DNA of 64,000 nt from an uncultured Nitrospiraceae bacterium (GTDB taxonomy: Bacteria > Nitrospirota > UBA9217), in NCBI GenBank assembly GCA_964586075.1, contig CAZPGZ010000015.1:1805-65804 (forward strand). The letters are read 5' to 3'. Below, in pieces: positions 28,576-38,526 of the stretch. The notes beneath the pieces are model-generated. The model ran no database searches, was not told where the DNA came from, and saw nothing but the letters and a program-made list of their open reading frames with translations. Within the stretch, counting starts at the first letter, position 1, and each line of letters starts with the position of its first letter. The translations under genes were made by a program, and so were the position numbers.

Positions 28576-31257
28576 GTGAAATTGCACCAAATGCATATCG
28601 ATCAGGCATTGACGGAGCTGCATTCAACTTTCCAAGGGATAGCGGAAGACGAAGCGCGGAATCGGCTTATACACTATGGCCCGAACGAACTCCAGGAAAA
28701 AAGGAAAAAGACTTCTCTCCGCATGTTTCTCGATCAGTTCACGGATTTTATGATTCTGGTGCTCATTGTCGCGGCAATCATCTCCGGCATTATCGGAGAA
28801 GCGTCCGATACGATCGCAATAATGGTGATCGTCCTTCTCAATGCCGGCCTTGGATTCAGCCAAGAATATCGCGCGGAACGCGCCATGGCCGCTCTGAAAA
28901 AAATGGCGTCGACTTCAGCAACGGTTGTCCGTGACGGTCAATACCGCACGGTGGCTTCATCGGAGCTGGTACCCGGCGACGTGGTCAACCTCGAAGCGGG
29001 ACACATTATTCCTGCAGACATGAGGGTCCTTGAAGCCGTGCGCCTGAAGGTGGACGAGGCCGCTCTGACCGGCGAATCCATGCCTGCCGAAAAACAAACG
29101 GAAGCCATGCATAATGAAAATCTTCCTCTCGGCGACAAAAAGAATATGCTGTTTAAAGGGACCTCCATCACGTACGGCAGAGGGAAAGGCTTGGTAACAG
29201 CGACAGGCATGAAAACGGAACTCGGCAGAATCGCGGCCATGCTCCAGCAGGAAGAGGCGGGAAAAACGCCTCTCCAGAAGAGGCTTGCAAACTTCGGCAC
29301 ACGCCTTGCCGTTGCCATACTCATTATCTGCGGGATCATTTTCGCAGCAGGAATTCTCCGTGGCGAGGAACCGCTCGGCATTTTTTTGGTGGCCGTCAGC
29401 CTTGCCGTCGCTGCAATTCCTGAAGCACTGCCTGCGGTGGTCACAATTTCCCTTGCGATCGGCGCGAGAAAAATGGTGCAGCGAAACGCCCTGATCCGGA
29501 AACTTCCCGCTGTCGAGACGCTCGGCTCCGTCACCTACATCTGTACCGACAAGACCGGGACCCTTACGCTTAACCGTATGACTGTGGAAGAGATGTGGGT
29601 GGATGGTGAACTGGTACGGATACCGGATGCTGCCGCGCCCAAAAAACAGCGCCGGTATCCTCTCTTCCAGGACCCGTATTCCCTCTTCTGCACCGCCCTC
29701 GCGCTCTCAAATGACGCGCGCTTCGATCCGTCCGGAAGCGCCATCGGCGATCCCACAGAAACCGCGCTGCTTCTTGCTGCACATGCGAACGGCTTTGATA
29801 AACAGACGCTGGAAGCGGACTTTCCTCGCATCGCAGAGCTTCCCTTCGATTCAGAGCGGAAGCTTATGACGACGGTCCATAGAACGCCACAGAAAACAGA
29901 ACTTGGAGAGCAGCCTGTCTATGTATCATTTACCAAGGGAGCTGTGGAGGAGATTCTTGGCAAATGCAGTGGTATGGTAACGTCACGAGGCATTCAACCG
30001 CTGAACACAAAAGAAATAATCGTTCTCACAAACCGTATTGCTGCAGACGGGTTGCGGGTCATGGCAATCGGGATGCGAACGTGGCAGGATGTACCTGATG
30101 TCGTGTCGCACAAAGATGATGTAGAGCAGATGCTGCTCCTTCTCGGCTTCGTAGGAATGATGGATCCCCCCCGAGAAGAGGCAAAGGAAGCTGTTGCGCT
30201 CTGCAAAACAGCCGGCATCACACCGGTAATGATAACCGGGGACCATCCCTTGACTGCGAAAACCATCGCCCTGCGGGTCGGTATTTTAGAAAAGGACGAA
30301 CCCGGTGAAATACTTACCGGCGCCGAACTTGACGCACTTTCTCTTGAAGAGTTCGAGACGCGCGTCGAATCCATTCGCGTGTACGCGCGTGTGGCCCCTG
30401 AACAAAAACTGAAAATCGTGCGCGCACTCCAGAGCAAAGGACACTTTGTGTCCATGACCGGGGATGGTGTAAACGATGCTCCTGCACTGAAACGTGCCGA
30501 CATCGGCGTCGCCATGGGGATTACCGGCACTGATGTTGCCAAGGAAGCGTCGTCCATGGTGCTGCTGGATGATAATTTTGCCACCATGGTCAGGGCTGTC
30601 AGGGAAGGTCGGCATATTTATGACAATATCCGGAAAGTCATCCGGTATCTTCTGGCCACGAATTCAGGCGAAATATGGACCTTGTTCCTCGCGCCGTTCG
30701 TCGGCCTTCCCATACCGCTTTTGCCGATCCACATACTCTGGATTAACCTGCTGACTGACGGCCTGCCCGCCCTTGCGCTCACCAGAGAACCGGAAGAAGG
30801 CGATACCATGAAGAGACCTCCGCGCCATCCCAAGGAAAACCTTTTTGCCGGCGGTCTCGGCTTCTTTGTGATCTGGATCGGTCTTCTTATGGCGGGAATT
30901 GTTCTTTCGCTTCAGGCCTGGGCGCTGTATACCGGCGATGCCCATTGGCAAACCATGGTCTTTACCGTACTCTGTTTTCTCCAGCTGGGACAGGTTCTGG
31001 CCGTTCGATCGGAGAAGGAATCGCTGTTCACCCAGGGCCTCTTCACGAACAAACCCCTTTTGTGGAGCATTGCCGCCGCGATAGTTCTCCAACTCTGCAC
31101 GATTTATGTTCCGGCCCTAAATTCTGTTTTTAAAACGCAACCGCTTTCCACCGCGGAATTGGCTTTAACTCTTGCGCTGTCTACAATCGTTTTTTTTGCC
31201 GCAGAAATTGACAAATGGTTTCGGAGAAAAAGATCCGGCAGGCTAAAAACATCGTGA
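28576..31257 (+). CDS. Cation-transporting P-type ATPase (type II, SERCA/PMCA-like), riboswitch-controlled. Candidate Mn2+/Ca2+ exporter.
   Basis: 'ICTDKTGTLTLN', 'MTGDGVNDAPALKRADIGV', 'MITGD', and an N-terminal 'IDQALTEL..GIAEDEARNRLIHYGPNEL'. 893 aa. It is a paralog of the ATPase at 23860. Confidence 0.85.
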   Translation: MKLHQMHIDQALTELHSTFQGIAEDEARNRLIHYGPNELQEKRKKTSLRMFLDQFTDFMILVLIVAAIISGIIGEASDTIAIMVIVLLNAGLGFSQEYRAERAMAALKKMASTSATVVRDGQYRTVASSELVPGDVVNLEAGHIIPADMRVLEAVRLKVDEAALTGESMPAEKQTEAMHNENLPLGDKKNMLFKGTSITYGRGKGLVTATGMKTELGRIAAMLQQEEAGKTPLQKRLANFGTRLAVAILIICGIIFAAGILRGEEPLGIFLVAVSLAVAAIPEALPAVVTISLAIGARKMVQRNALIRKLPAVETLGSVTYICTDKTGTLTLNRMTVEEMWVDGELVRIPDAAAPKKQRRYPLFQDPYSLFCTALALSNDARFDPSGSAIGDPTETALLLAAHANGFDKQTLEADFPRIAELPFDSERKLMTTVHRTPQKTELGEQPVYVSFTKGAVEEILGKCSGMVTSRGIQPLNTKEIIVLTNRIAADGLRVMAIGMRTWQDVPDVVSHKDDVEQMLLLLGFVGMMDPPREEAKEAVALCKTAGITPVMITGDHPLTAKTIALRVGILEKDEPGEILTGAELDALSLEEFETRVESIRVYARVAPEQKLKIVRALQSKGHFVSMTGDGVNDAPALKRADIGVAMGITGTDVAKEASSMVLLDDNFATMVRAVREGRHIYDNIRKVIRYLLATNSGEIWTLFLAPFVGLPIPLLPIHILWINLLTDGLPALALTREPEEGDTMKRPPRHPKENLFAGGLGFFVIWIGLLMAGIVLSLQAWALYTGDAHWQTMVFTVLCFLQLGQVLAVRSEKESLFTQGLFTNKPLLWSIAAAIVLQLCTIYVPALNSVFKTQPLSTAELALTLALSTIVFFAAEIDKWFRRKRSGRLKTS

Positions 31258-31446
31258 AAAGGACTGCTGATAATCACCCCGCATGACACCGATACGTTTC
31301 AATACGACTTTTGGAGTATTTTTGAGCAGCAATATTTCGTTACACAACAAGACCGGTCTATTTTATACAATGTATGAACAAGTTGTTGAAAAAAACCCTT
31401 TCTGACGGTACAATTCAACAATCTGCTTGAGAAGGAATGAACTACT

Positions 31447-32193
31447 ATGATAGACCTCGGTTTCTTAGGATATATCAGTTTTGACTGGGCGTTTTGGTCG
31501 AGCTTTTTCAGTATTGTTCTCGTCAACATTATTTTATCGGGAGACAATGCCGTGGTCATTGCCATGGCGGTCCGCAACCTTCCGAAGGAGCTCCGCAAGA
31601 AAGGCATCCTGTACGGTGCCGGCGCTGCCGTTCTGCTCAGGATTGTGTTCACCTTTTTCGTTGCACAACTGCTTGCCATGAGCTATGTGAAATTGGTTGG
31701 CGGCGCCGTAATCCTCTGGATAGCGATAAAGCTTTTTGTGGAAGACGAGGAAGGCGGCGAGGGAAGCCATCTTGAAACAACCACGGTCTGGAGCGCGGTC
31801 AGACTCATTCTGATCGCCGACATCACCATGGCGCTCGACAACATGCTTGCAGTAGCCGCATGCTCTCAAGGCAACCTCTTCCTGCTCATTATCGGTCTCG
31901 GACTCAGCATTCCCCTGGTTGTTTTTACCAGCAGTCTGTTGACGACCCTTATGGACAAATATCCGATCATCATATATATCGGCGCAGCGATTCTGGGAAA
32001 AGTCGGCGGTGAGATGATGATTACCGACCAGGTTGTTAAACAATTTATTCCGGTAAATGACGTCGTTATTTATTCCGTGGAGGCCTTTTTTGCCGTGGCT
32101 GTTATTATCGCGGGAAAGCTCTATCTGAAGTGGACAGCCTTAAAAAAGGAACGCAAGTCAGTTCCGCTCACCATTGGTGATGATCATCCTTAG
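31447..32193 (+). CDS. TerC-family integral membrane protein (YkoY/Alx-like)
   Basis: The paired motifs 'SGDNAVVIAMA' and 'ALDNMLAVAA', with 7 predicted TM segments. The TerC/YkoY family is a classic yybP-ykoY riboswitch partner. Confidence 0.75.
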   Translation: MIDLGFLGYISFDWAFWSSFFSIVLVNIILSGDNAVVIAMAVRNLPKELRKKGILYGAGAAVLLRIVFTFFVAQLLAMSYVKLVGGAVILWIAIKLFVEDEEGGEGSHLETTTVWSAVRLILIADITMALDNMLAVAACSQGNLFLLIIGLGLSIPLVVFTSSLLTTLMDKYPIIIYIGAAILGKVGGEMMITDQVVKQFIPVNDVVIYSVEAFFAVAVIIAGKLYLKWTALKKERKSVPLTIGDDHP

Positions 32194-32228
32194 CCATCCA
32201 ATCGTCAGAAGTTTCCAGTGAGGTCGGT

Positions 32229-33170
32229 GTGATACTGATAACGGGAGGAACGGGGTTTGTAGGAAGACATTTTGTCCAGCGAGCGAGCGCGGAAGGCATT
32301 GCAGTCCGGGCTCTCATCAGGGACCCGAGAAAAGCGCAGGCGCTCAAAAATCTGGATGTGGATCTTGTTCAGGGCGACATTTCCGACAAGAGCGCGCTTG
32401 AGTCCGCAACTGCGGGGGCGGACAGTGTTGTTCATCTCGTCGGGATAATCCAGGAAGCGCCACACGTTACGTTTCACGGCATTCATGTTGAGGGTACACG
32501 AAACGTTCTTAATGCCGCGCAGGCGAACGGGGTTCGGTCCTTTCTTTATCTAAGCGCTCTCGGCGCGAGACCAAACGCAGCGAGCATGTATCACAAAACC
32601 AAGTGGGGTGCGGAGGAATTGGTGCGCAAAAGCGGCATCCCGTTCTCCATCGTGCGTCCCTCGCTCATTTACGGAAGTAATGACGGATTTACCACCCGAT
32701 TGACTGAGGCAATCAAGTTTTCACCGTTTCTTCCGATTATGGGATCCGGGCAGTCCAGGGTTCAACCCATTTCCATCGACGATGTCGTTTCCTGCATGCT
32801 GAAAGCGGTGACGGATCGCGCCTTGCTGAATGCAACGTATGAAATCGGCGGACCCGAGCAGTTGACCTACCAGGAGATAACGGTTGCCCTTGCAAACGCC
32901 CTGGGAATACACCGCCCACTTTTACACCTGCCGCTCTCGCTCATGCGAATAGCAGTCAAGCTGTTTGAGTCGCTGTTGACAGTGCCGCCGCTCACCACTG
33001 ATCAGCTTACCATGCTCCAGGAAGACAACATCTGCGACATGCGAGACATCCGTGAAGTCTTCGGGGTCGAGCCGGTCACCTTCCCGGAGGGGCTGACTGC
33101 ATTTTTTAAAGGATCTCATCAGCCGTGCAAAAAACCCGGTTCCTGCGAAAGAAAAGGAGCGCGCTTGTGA
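32229..33170 (+). CDS. NAD(P)-binding extended SDR (NmrA/NDUFA9-like epimerase/reductase)
   Basis: 'ILITGGTGFVGRH', 'YHKTK' (YxxxK), about 310 aa. GTG start. Confidence 0.65.
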   Translation: MILITGGTGFVGRHFVQRASAEGIAVRALIRDPRKAQALKNLDVDLVQGDISDKSALESATAGADSVVHLVGIIQEAPHVTFHGIHVEGTRNVLNAAQANGVRSFLYLSALGARPNAASMYHKTKWGAEELVRKSGIPFSIVRPSLIYGSNDGFTTRLTEAIKFSPFLPIMGSGQSRVQPISIDDVVSCMLKAVTDRALLNATYEIGGPEQLTYQEITVALANALGIHRPLLHLPLSLMRIAVKLFESLLTVPPLTTDQLTMLQEDNICDMRDIREVFGVEPVTFPEGLTAFFKGSHQPCKKPGSCERKGARL

Positions 33171-33787
33171 TATTTTGCAATATTGGAAAAGTCTTTTCAT
33201 CATTGTTCGCTTTATGTTTTGTATTTTTGTGCCCTCTTTTTTCTTATGCAAACCTCGCCGATATTCCCCTTGAATGGAAGCCGACGGATGCAATAAGCTC
33301 CTACGATCCCATTGATCTCGCTGCATACCGTCAAGCATCCTTTGTCATCAAGCCATTCAGGGATATGCGGAAAAACACCGCGGAAATCGGCGCTAATGTG
33401 GAAAAGCAATTATCCAACCCCGACATGCGCGTTACCACCAAGGACAATGTTGCCGTATGGCTCACCAATCAATTCGGGAGCATTCTGAAGGAATTCCAAA
33501 TAAATGTTGTTAAAAACCGGGGAACGTTGATACTGGAAGCCGACGTGATCAAGTTTTTCGTAACCGAAAAATCGATGTACCAAGCCGAGGTTACTCTCAA
33601 GGTCCGCCTGAAGGCAAAAAACAATACTGTGGTCTGGAGCGGCACGACGAGCGGAAGCGCGTCCCGTTTCGGCCATTCCTATAAAGCGGAAAATTATTAT
33701 GAAGCCCTGAGCAATGCGACCGTCTCCGCAGTGCACGGTCTTCTGAAAAATGAATCTTTTATCCAGGCAGTTCAAAAGAGCAAATAG
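33125..33787 (+). CDS. Exported hypothetical protein
   Basis: A long hydrophobic signal region ending 'PLFSYA', and no recognisable family. It overlaps the 3' end of the preceding gene by 46 nt. Confidence 0.4.
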   Translation: MQKTRFLRKKRSALVIFCNIGKVFSSLFALCFVFLCPLFSYANLADIPLEWKPTDAISSYDPIDLAAYRQASFVIKPFRDMRKNTAEIGANVEKQLSNPDMRVTTKDNVAVWLTNQFGSILKEFQINVVKNRGTLILEADVIKFFVTEKSMYQAEVTLKVRLKAKNNTVVWSGTTSGSASRFGHSYKAENYYEALSNATVSAVHGLLKNESFIQAVQKSK

Positions 33788-34097
33788 CAGGTTACCGCTT
33801 GCCCTTTTCGCTGCTTATCCCTCTGAATACCCCCTTTGCTCTCGGCAATAATCCTGTCAAAGTTAAGATATCGCACATCTCGTTTATCAAATATCTTACT
33901 ACCCGTTCGTTCCCAGAACTCTACGTTTTGCTTGACTCTAACTCCCTTTTCAGCTACTCTTTTATAGTGTTTTTCTATAGATTCTTTTTATTGGATCGGC
34001 TTGTTCCTCTAATCTTTTTCTAAAGAAGTTATCCATCGTATTCCGCAATTTATAGTTTTCCTATACTTGTCATAACGCTTGCTGGGGGGCGGCAAAA

Positions 34098-35030
34098 ATG
34101 GCAAAAGCTAAGATTCTGTATGTTGAAGACAGCAAAACACAGGGAATGATAACAAAAAAATTCCTGGAGGAGAGCGGCTACGCCGTAACGTGGGTTGCTG
34201 ACGGCTCATCTGCGCTCCGCCAGGCCCAGGGAGATCTCTTTGATGTCGTCCTCCTCGACTGCATCCTGCCGGACATGGATGGAAACGACGTGTGCATGCA
34301 GCTGAAGCACGACCATAGTACCAGAGGCGTTCCGGTCATCATGGTTACTGCAAAGGATGGCCTCAGCGATAAAATCAACGGCCTGGAATCCGGAGCGGAC
34401 GATTATCTGGCAAAGCCCTATGATGAATATGAGCTAAGGGCTCGTTTGTATGCCGCATTGAGGACAAAACGTCTCCAGGACGAGTTGATCCAAAAAAACA
34501 ACGAAATGCGGGACATGCTGAGCAAGGTTGAGATGTTGTCGGTTACCGATCCCTTGACACAGCTTTTCAACAGAAGACGGTTTGAGGATGTTCTGGCGGC
34601 CGAATTTAAAAAAGCCAAACGATATGCGACGCATCTCAGCTGCATCATGATCGACATCGATTTTTTCAAATCCATCAATGATACGTACGGCCACACGGCC
34701 GGAGACGTCGTGCTGAAAGAAATAGCCGTGATAATAAAACAATGCATCAGGACTGTTGACACCGCCTGCCGTTGGGGAGGCGAGGAATTTATCGTGCTGA
34801 CGCCGATGACGTCAAAGGCATTTGCCATTCAGCCCGCCCGCAGAATCTGGAATTCAGTCTCCAGCTACAATTTCCCTTCCCTGAGCGGCAGAACAGTAAC
34901 AATCAGTGCAGGAATAGCGGACGCCGCAAGCGCCTCTATCGACACCCCGGACAAGCTCATTCATGAGGCAGACCTTGCATTATATCAGGCAAAGAAGACA
35001 GGAAGAAACCGGATAGAGATCCAGAATTAG
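34098..35030 (+). CDS. Response regulator with GGDEF output (PleD/WspR-like diguanylate cyclase)
   Basis: A REC domain (..LLDCILPDMDG.., K-containing 'YLAKP'), a coiled-coil linker, and a GGDEF domain with an intact 'RWGGEEF' A-site and an 'RxxD'-like I-site candidate. Confidence 0.85.
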   Translation: MAKAKILYVEDSKTQGMITKKFLEESGYAVTWVADGSSALRQAQGDLFDVVLLDCILPDMDGNDVCMQLKHDHSTRGVPVIMVTAKDGLSDKINGLESGADDYLAKPYDEYELRARLYAALRTKRLQDELIQKNNEMRDMLSKVEMLSVTDPLTQLFNRRRFEDVLAAEFKKAKRYATHLSCIMIDIDFFKSINDTYGHTAGDVVLKEIAVIIKQCIRTVDTACRWGGEEFIVLTPMTSKAFAIQPARRIWNSVSSYNFPSLSGRTVTISAGIADAASASIDTPDKLIHEADLALYQAKKTGRNRIEIQN

Positions 35031-35192
35031 CACGCAGGTATGCCACGTCGGCGACATCCAGAATGGCCGCACATGTGCCTGAAGCCTTTTGTGCAGCAGA
35101 TTTCGACGATAAGAACTGCGCTTTCCCGTGCTTGAAACGCGTAGCGTTTTTAACACACATTAGACAACCAGTAATCAGGCGGCTATATACGC

Positions 35193-35918
35193 ATGAATAT
35201 CATTGCAATAGGCGGCGGCAATCTGCGAAAAAAAGAAACGCTCGCTATCGATCAATGCATTGTCCAGCTCACCCAAAAACGCTCTCCCCGTGTTCTGTTT
35301 ATTCCTACGGCAAGCGGTGATTCAAAAAATTACTGCAATACATTCGACACTGTTTATCGGGACCTGCTAGGGTGCAAAACGGACCATCTGCTTCTGTATC
35401 GCAGACCGCAAGACCGGGCCGCGGCAACTGAAAAAATCCGCGCTGCTGACATCATCTATGTGGGAGGAGGAAATACCCTCCGCATGATGAAGCTCTGGCG
35501 CCGCATCGGGCTGGACGATCTTCTGGTCAAAGCGGCGAATCAAAGAAAAATTCTGGCCGGCTTAAGCGCGGGTGCGATTTGCTGGCACGAATGGGGCCAC
35601 TCGGATTCAAGGTCTTTTTCCGGAAGAAAAAAGTGGTCCTTCATTAAGGTTCGGGCTCTCGGCATCCGGCCCGGGTTGTTTTGTCCGCATCTGGATGCTG
35701 AAAAACGCCATGCCTCTTTAAAAAAAATGATCGCCAATACGGCCATGATAGGCATTGCGTGCGACAACAGGGCCGCAGTCTGGTACCACGATAAAGGGGC
35801 GACATGCTTGACAGCTGGAAGGAAGGCATGTGTTCATATTTATACCCTTCAGGACGGCCGTGTATTACAAAAAAAATTTAAAAACGGCGAACGTATTGTT
35901 TTTCAGCAAAACACCTGA
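35193..35918 (+). CDS. pepE: Peptidase family S51 (dipeptidase E / cyanophycinase-like)
   Basis: 'IIYVGGGNT', and the nucleophile elbow 'GLSAGAICW' (catalytic Ser) plus a His region. 241 aa. Confidence 0.6.
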   Translation: MNIIAIGGGNLRKKETLAIDQCIVQLTQKRSPRVLFIPTASGDSKNYCNTFDTVYRDLLGCKTDHLLLYRRPQDRAAATEKIRAADIIYVGGGNTLRMMKLWRRIGLDDLLVKAANQRKILAGLSAGAICWHEWGHSDSRSFSGRKKWSFIKVRALGIRPGLFCPHLDAEKRHASLKKMIANTAMIGIACDNRAAVWYHDKGATCLTAGRKACVHIYTLQDGRVLQKKFKNGERIVFQQNT

Positions 35919-36010
35919 AAACTTGGCAAAGACTTTAAAAGCAATCTTTGTTTTCGTTATTCTAAACCGTTGTTGCAGCCTTGCCTTTTGTCCATTTCTT
36001 CTGACCGTTC

Positions 36011-36190
36011 ATGAAAAACAGTAAAGAAAAAATAACCTGCCTTTCCTGCCGTCACTTTTATGTAACGTGGGACAAGGATTTTCCAAACGGATGCTCGGCA
36101 ATGGGTTTTAAATCGAAGCAACCCCCCTCGGTCACTGTTTATAAATGCTCGGGAATGGCTTGTCTGCAGTTCGAAAAAAAGAATAGCTAG
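36011..36190 (+). CDS. Unannotated small Cys-rich (zinc-ribbon-like) protein, 59 aa
   Basis: Hand translation: MKNSKEKITCLSCRHFYVTWDKDFPNGCSAMGFKSKQPPSVTVYKCSGMACLQFEKKNS. It has a CxxC...GC...C....C arrangement and lies in the 477-nt gap between pepE and cheW. It falls just under the ORF-track cutoff and has no strong SD. Confidence 0.4.
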   Translation: MKNSKEKITCLSCRHFYVTWDKDFPNGCSAMGFKSKQPPSVTVYKCSGMACLQFEKKNS

Positions 36191-36395
36191 CCCTCCATTC
36201 GCAATAACTCGAACTCCTTCCGATCAAAGTACTTGCGGTTATGCATATACTACCGCGTGATAAATCCTAATACTTTTTTCTGATAATAGTAGCAGTCAGA
36301 ATCCGGACTGACTGCTAAAGATTTAATCACAAATACCGATAGGATAAACACGAGGGGCTTCTGCCCCGAATAGTTCTGAATACCGGGAGTTACCT

Positions 36396-36824
36396 GTGTT
36401 TCAAGTCATCGGGTTTCGCCTCCAGAATGAGGAATACGCGGTTCCCATTGTAAAAGTCCGCGAAATAATCGGGATGCTGCCGATTACAGTCTTGCCCAAT
36501 TTACCTGAATACTTTGAAGGCATGACGAATATCCGCGGCAGCGTCATCCCGATCATAAACTTAAAACGGCTCATGCATCTCCCGGAAAACGGCGATGCCG
36601 CGGCCAAAATCATCGTCATCACCTGCGGAACAAGCACCTATGGCGTACTGGTCGATTCCATCACCGGCGTCGCATCCATTGATGAACAATCAGTGGAACG
36701 ACCCGACCGGATTGCAAACGCTGAAGACACATCGTTCATCGACGGCATTGCAAAATTTGATAATCGGCTCGTTATCATTCTGAATACCAGCAACCTTGTC
36801 CCTCAACTTGTGCGGGCAAGCTAA
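36396..36824 (+). CDS. cheW: Chemotaxis coupling protein CheW
   Basis: 'EEYAVPIVKVREII', 'NIRGSVIPIINL', 'GVLVDSI'. 142 aa. Confidence 0.85.
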   Translation: MFQVIGFRLQNEEYAVPIVKVREIIGMLPITVLPNLPEYFEGMTNIRGSVIPIINLKRLMHLPENGDAAAKIIVITCGTSTYGVLVDSITGVASIDEQSVERPDRIANAEDTSFIDGIAKFDNRLVIILNTSNLVPQLVRAS

Positions 36825-36869
36825 AACATATTGTCTCTCATCACCGGGTAATGGGAGCCTCCAAAAACA

Positions 36870-38471
36870 TTGAGCAAGGAGAACAGAGAGATGAAGACAC
36901 CATCAAAGCTTAACAGTTTCGGCAGTAAAATATTTTTCATGATTGTACTCGCAATTATCGCGGTGATAACCAGCGTGACATTCTCTTATTTGATCGCTGT
37001 GCGGGAGATAGAGGCATTGATGCTCGAAGACATATCCTCCATCGCAAATACGATGCAGAAGAACCTGACATATGTTGCAACCATTAAACCGGACGCCATC
37101 CAGGACGAAAATTTCAAGAAACACATGAATGATATTAAAATCGGGCAAAGCGGCTATGTCTACTTGATCAATGAAGACGGTATGATGGTCACTCACCCTA
37201 CAATCCAGGGGAAAAAACAGGGGGATGTGGCGCATAACCGCTATATCATCACCCACAAGGAGGGGGGAACATATTCTTTCGTTGCCGCAAGCACCGGCCA
37301 GGACAAGCTCGTGGCGTTCCGGTATATCGAACCCTGGAAGCTGTGGGTTGTCCCGGGCGTAAACAAGGCCGACTATTTGAATCAATTAAAAGCTTCATTC
37401 CTGAAAGTGAACTTACTGTTCTCCTTGGGTGTGATTGTTGTCCTCGTTTTTGTAGCGCGGGTCATTACCCGGAAGCTGTTGAACCAGGTCGGGGGTGAGC
37501 CAGTCGTCATCGCAGAGGTTGCTGAGCGAATTTCTGAGGGCGACTTGACGGCGCAGCTCCAGTCAAACGGCAGGGGAAAAAGCGGCATCTATGCATCAAT
37601 GGATAAAATGGCAGATAAATTAAAAATCATGGTCAAAGACATCAAGTCAGCGTCTGAAAGTGTGGCATCGGGAAGCGCGAACCTTTCCACCTCCTCTGAG
37701 GATCTCAACAAAGGCTCCCAAGAACTGATGCTGCAGGTGGACCAGATCGTAACGGCCATGACCGAAGTGTCCCAGACAATCATGGATGTTGCCAAGAACG
37801 CCTCTCACGCGGCGGAGGCAAGCAAAAAAGCTTCCGAAACCGCTGCAAAAGGGAAACAGACTGTCGACCGTTCCGCGGAAGACATGGCTAAAATTGCGCA
37901 AACAGTGCAGCAAACGGCCTCTACCATTGAAGAACTCGGAAAAAGCTCGGCCCAAATCGGCGAAATTGTTGCGGTCATCAACGGCATTGCCGATCAGACC
38001 AATCTCCTTGCGCTCAATGCGGCCATTGAGGCGGCCCGCGCCGGTGAGCAGGGACGGGGTTTCGCCGTCGTAGCAGACGAGGTGAGAAAGCTGGCGGAGC
38101 GCACGAGCCAGGCCACAAAGGATATTGCGGACAGAATCAGCGGCATCCAGAAAGCGGCGACAGAAGCGGTCGACGCGGTAAAGAAAGGCAGCGACGAAGT
38201 GGGGAACGGCGTCGGACTCGCAAGAGAGGCAAGCGCATCGCTTGACGCCATCGTGGAAGCATCAACCGGCGCCATGGACATGGTCCAGCGCATCGCGGCG
38301 GCAACGGAAGAGCAATCGGCAGCATCAGAAGAAGTCACCCAAAACATGGAAAACATCTCAAGCATCACGAAGCGCGCGGCAAATGCATCGGACCAGATTA
38401 AAGCGTCCGCAGCCGAGCTCGCCAAGCTTTCCGCCGGATTGAAGGAAATAACCGCATTCCTGCGGGTATAA
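36870..38471 (+). CDS. Methyl-accepting chemotaxis protein (Cache-like periplasmic sensor + HAMP + MA)
   Basis: The Cache-like '[16 protein letters not shown]', and the MCP signalling block '[31 protein letters not shown]'. Confidence 0.85.
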   Translation: MSKENREMKTPSKLNSFGSKIFFMIVLAIIAVITSVTFSYLIAVREIEALMLEDISSIANTMQKNLTYVATIKPDAIQDENFKKHMNDIKIGQSGYVYLINEDGMMVTHPTIQGKKQGDVAHNRYIITHKEGGTYSFVAASTGQDKLVAFRYIEPWKLWVVPGVNKADYLNQLKASFLKVNLLFSLGVIVVLVFVARVITRKLLNQVGGEPVVIAEVAERISEGDLTAQLQSNGRGKSGIYASMDKMADKLKIMVKDIKSASESVASGSANLSTSSEDLNKGSQELMLQVDQIVTAMTEVSQTIMDVAKNASHAAEASKKASETAAKGKQTVDRSAEDMAKIAQTVQQTASTIEELGKSSAQIGEIVAVINGIADQTNLLALNAAIEAARAGEQGRGFAVVADEVRKLAERTSQATKDIADRISGIQKAATEAVDAVKKGSDEVGNGVGLAREASASLDAIVEASTGAMDMVQRIAAATEEQSAASEEVTQNMENISSITKRAANASDQIKASAAELAKLSAGLKEITAFLRV

Positions 38472-38526
38472 GGTGACGTTACCCTGATGCGAATAAGCAA
38501 CAAACAATAATCAAGCGAAATGCTCC

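Noticed and set aside
31258-31446. Searched the TerC leader for a second yybP-ykoY core (GGGGAGUAG)
   Set aside because: Only a weak 'GGAGUAU' is present. That is insufficient to call an aptamer.
33799-34023. 74-aa ORF in the AT-rich region upstream of the GGDEF regulator
   Set aside because: It has an extreme Phe/Leu/Ser composition driven by the T-rich DNA, with no RBS. It is most likely non-coding regulatory DNA.
37994-38503. 169-aa minus-strand ORF and other antisense ORFs inside the second MCP gene
   Set aside because: These are Ala/Ser-rich mirror ORFs of the MCP coiled-coil region, a classic artefact in MCP genes.
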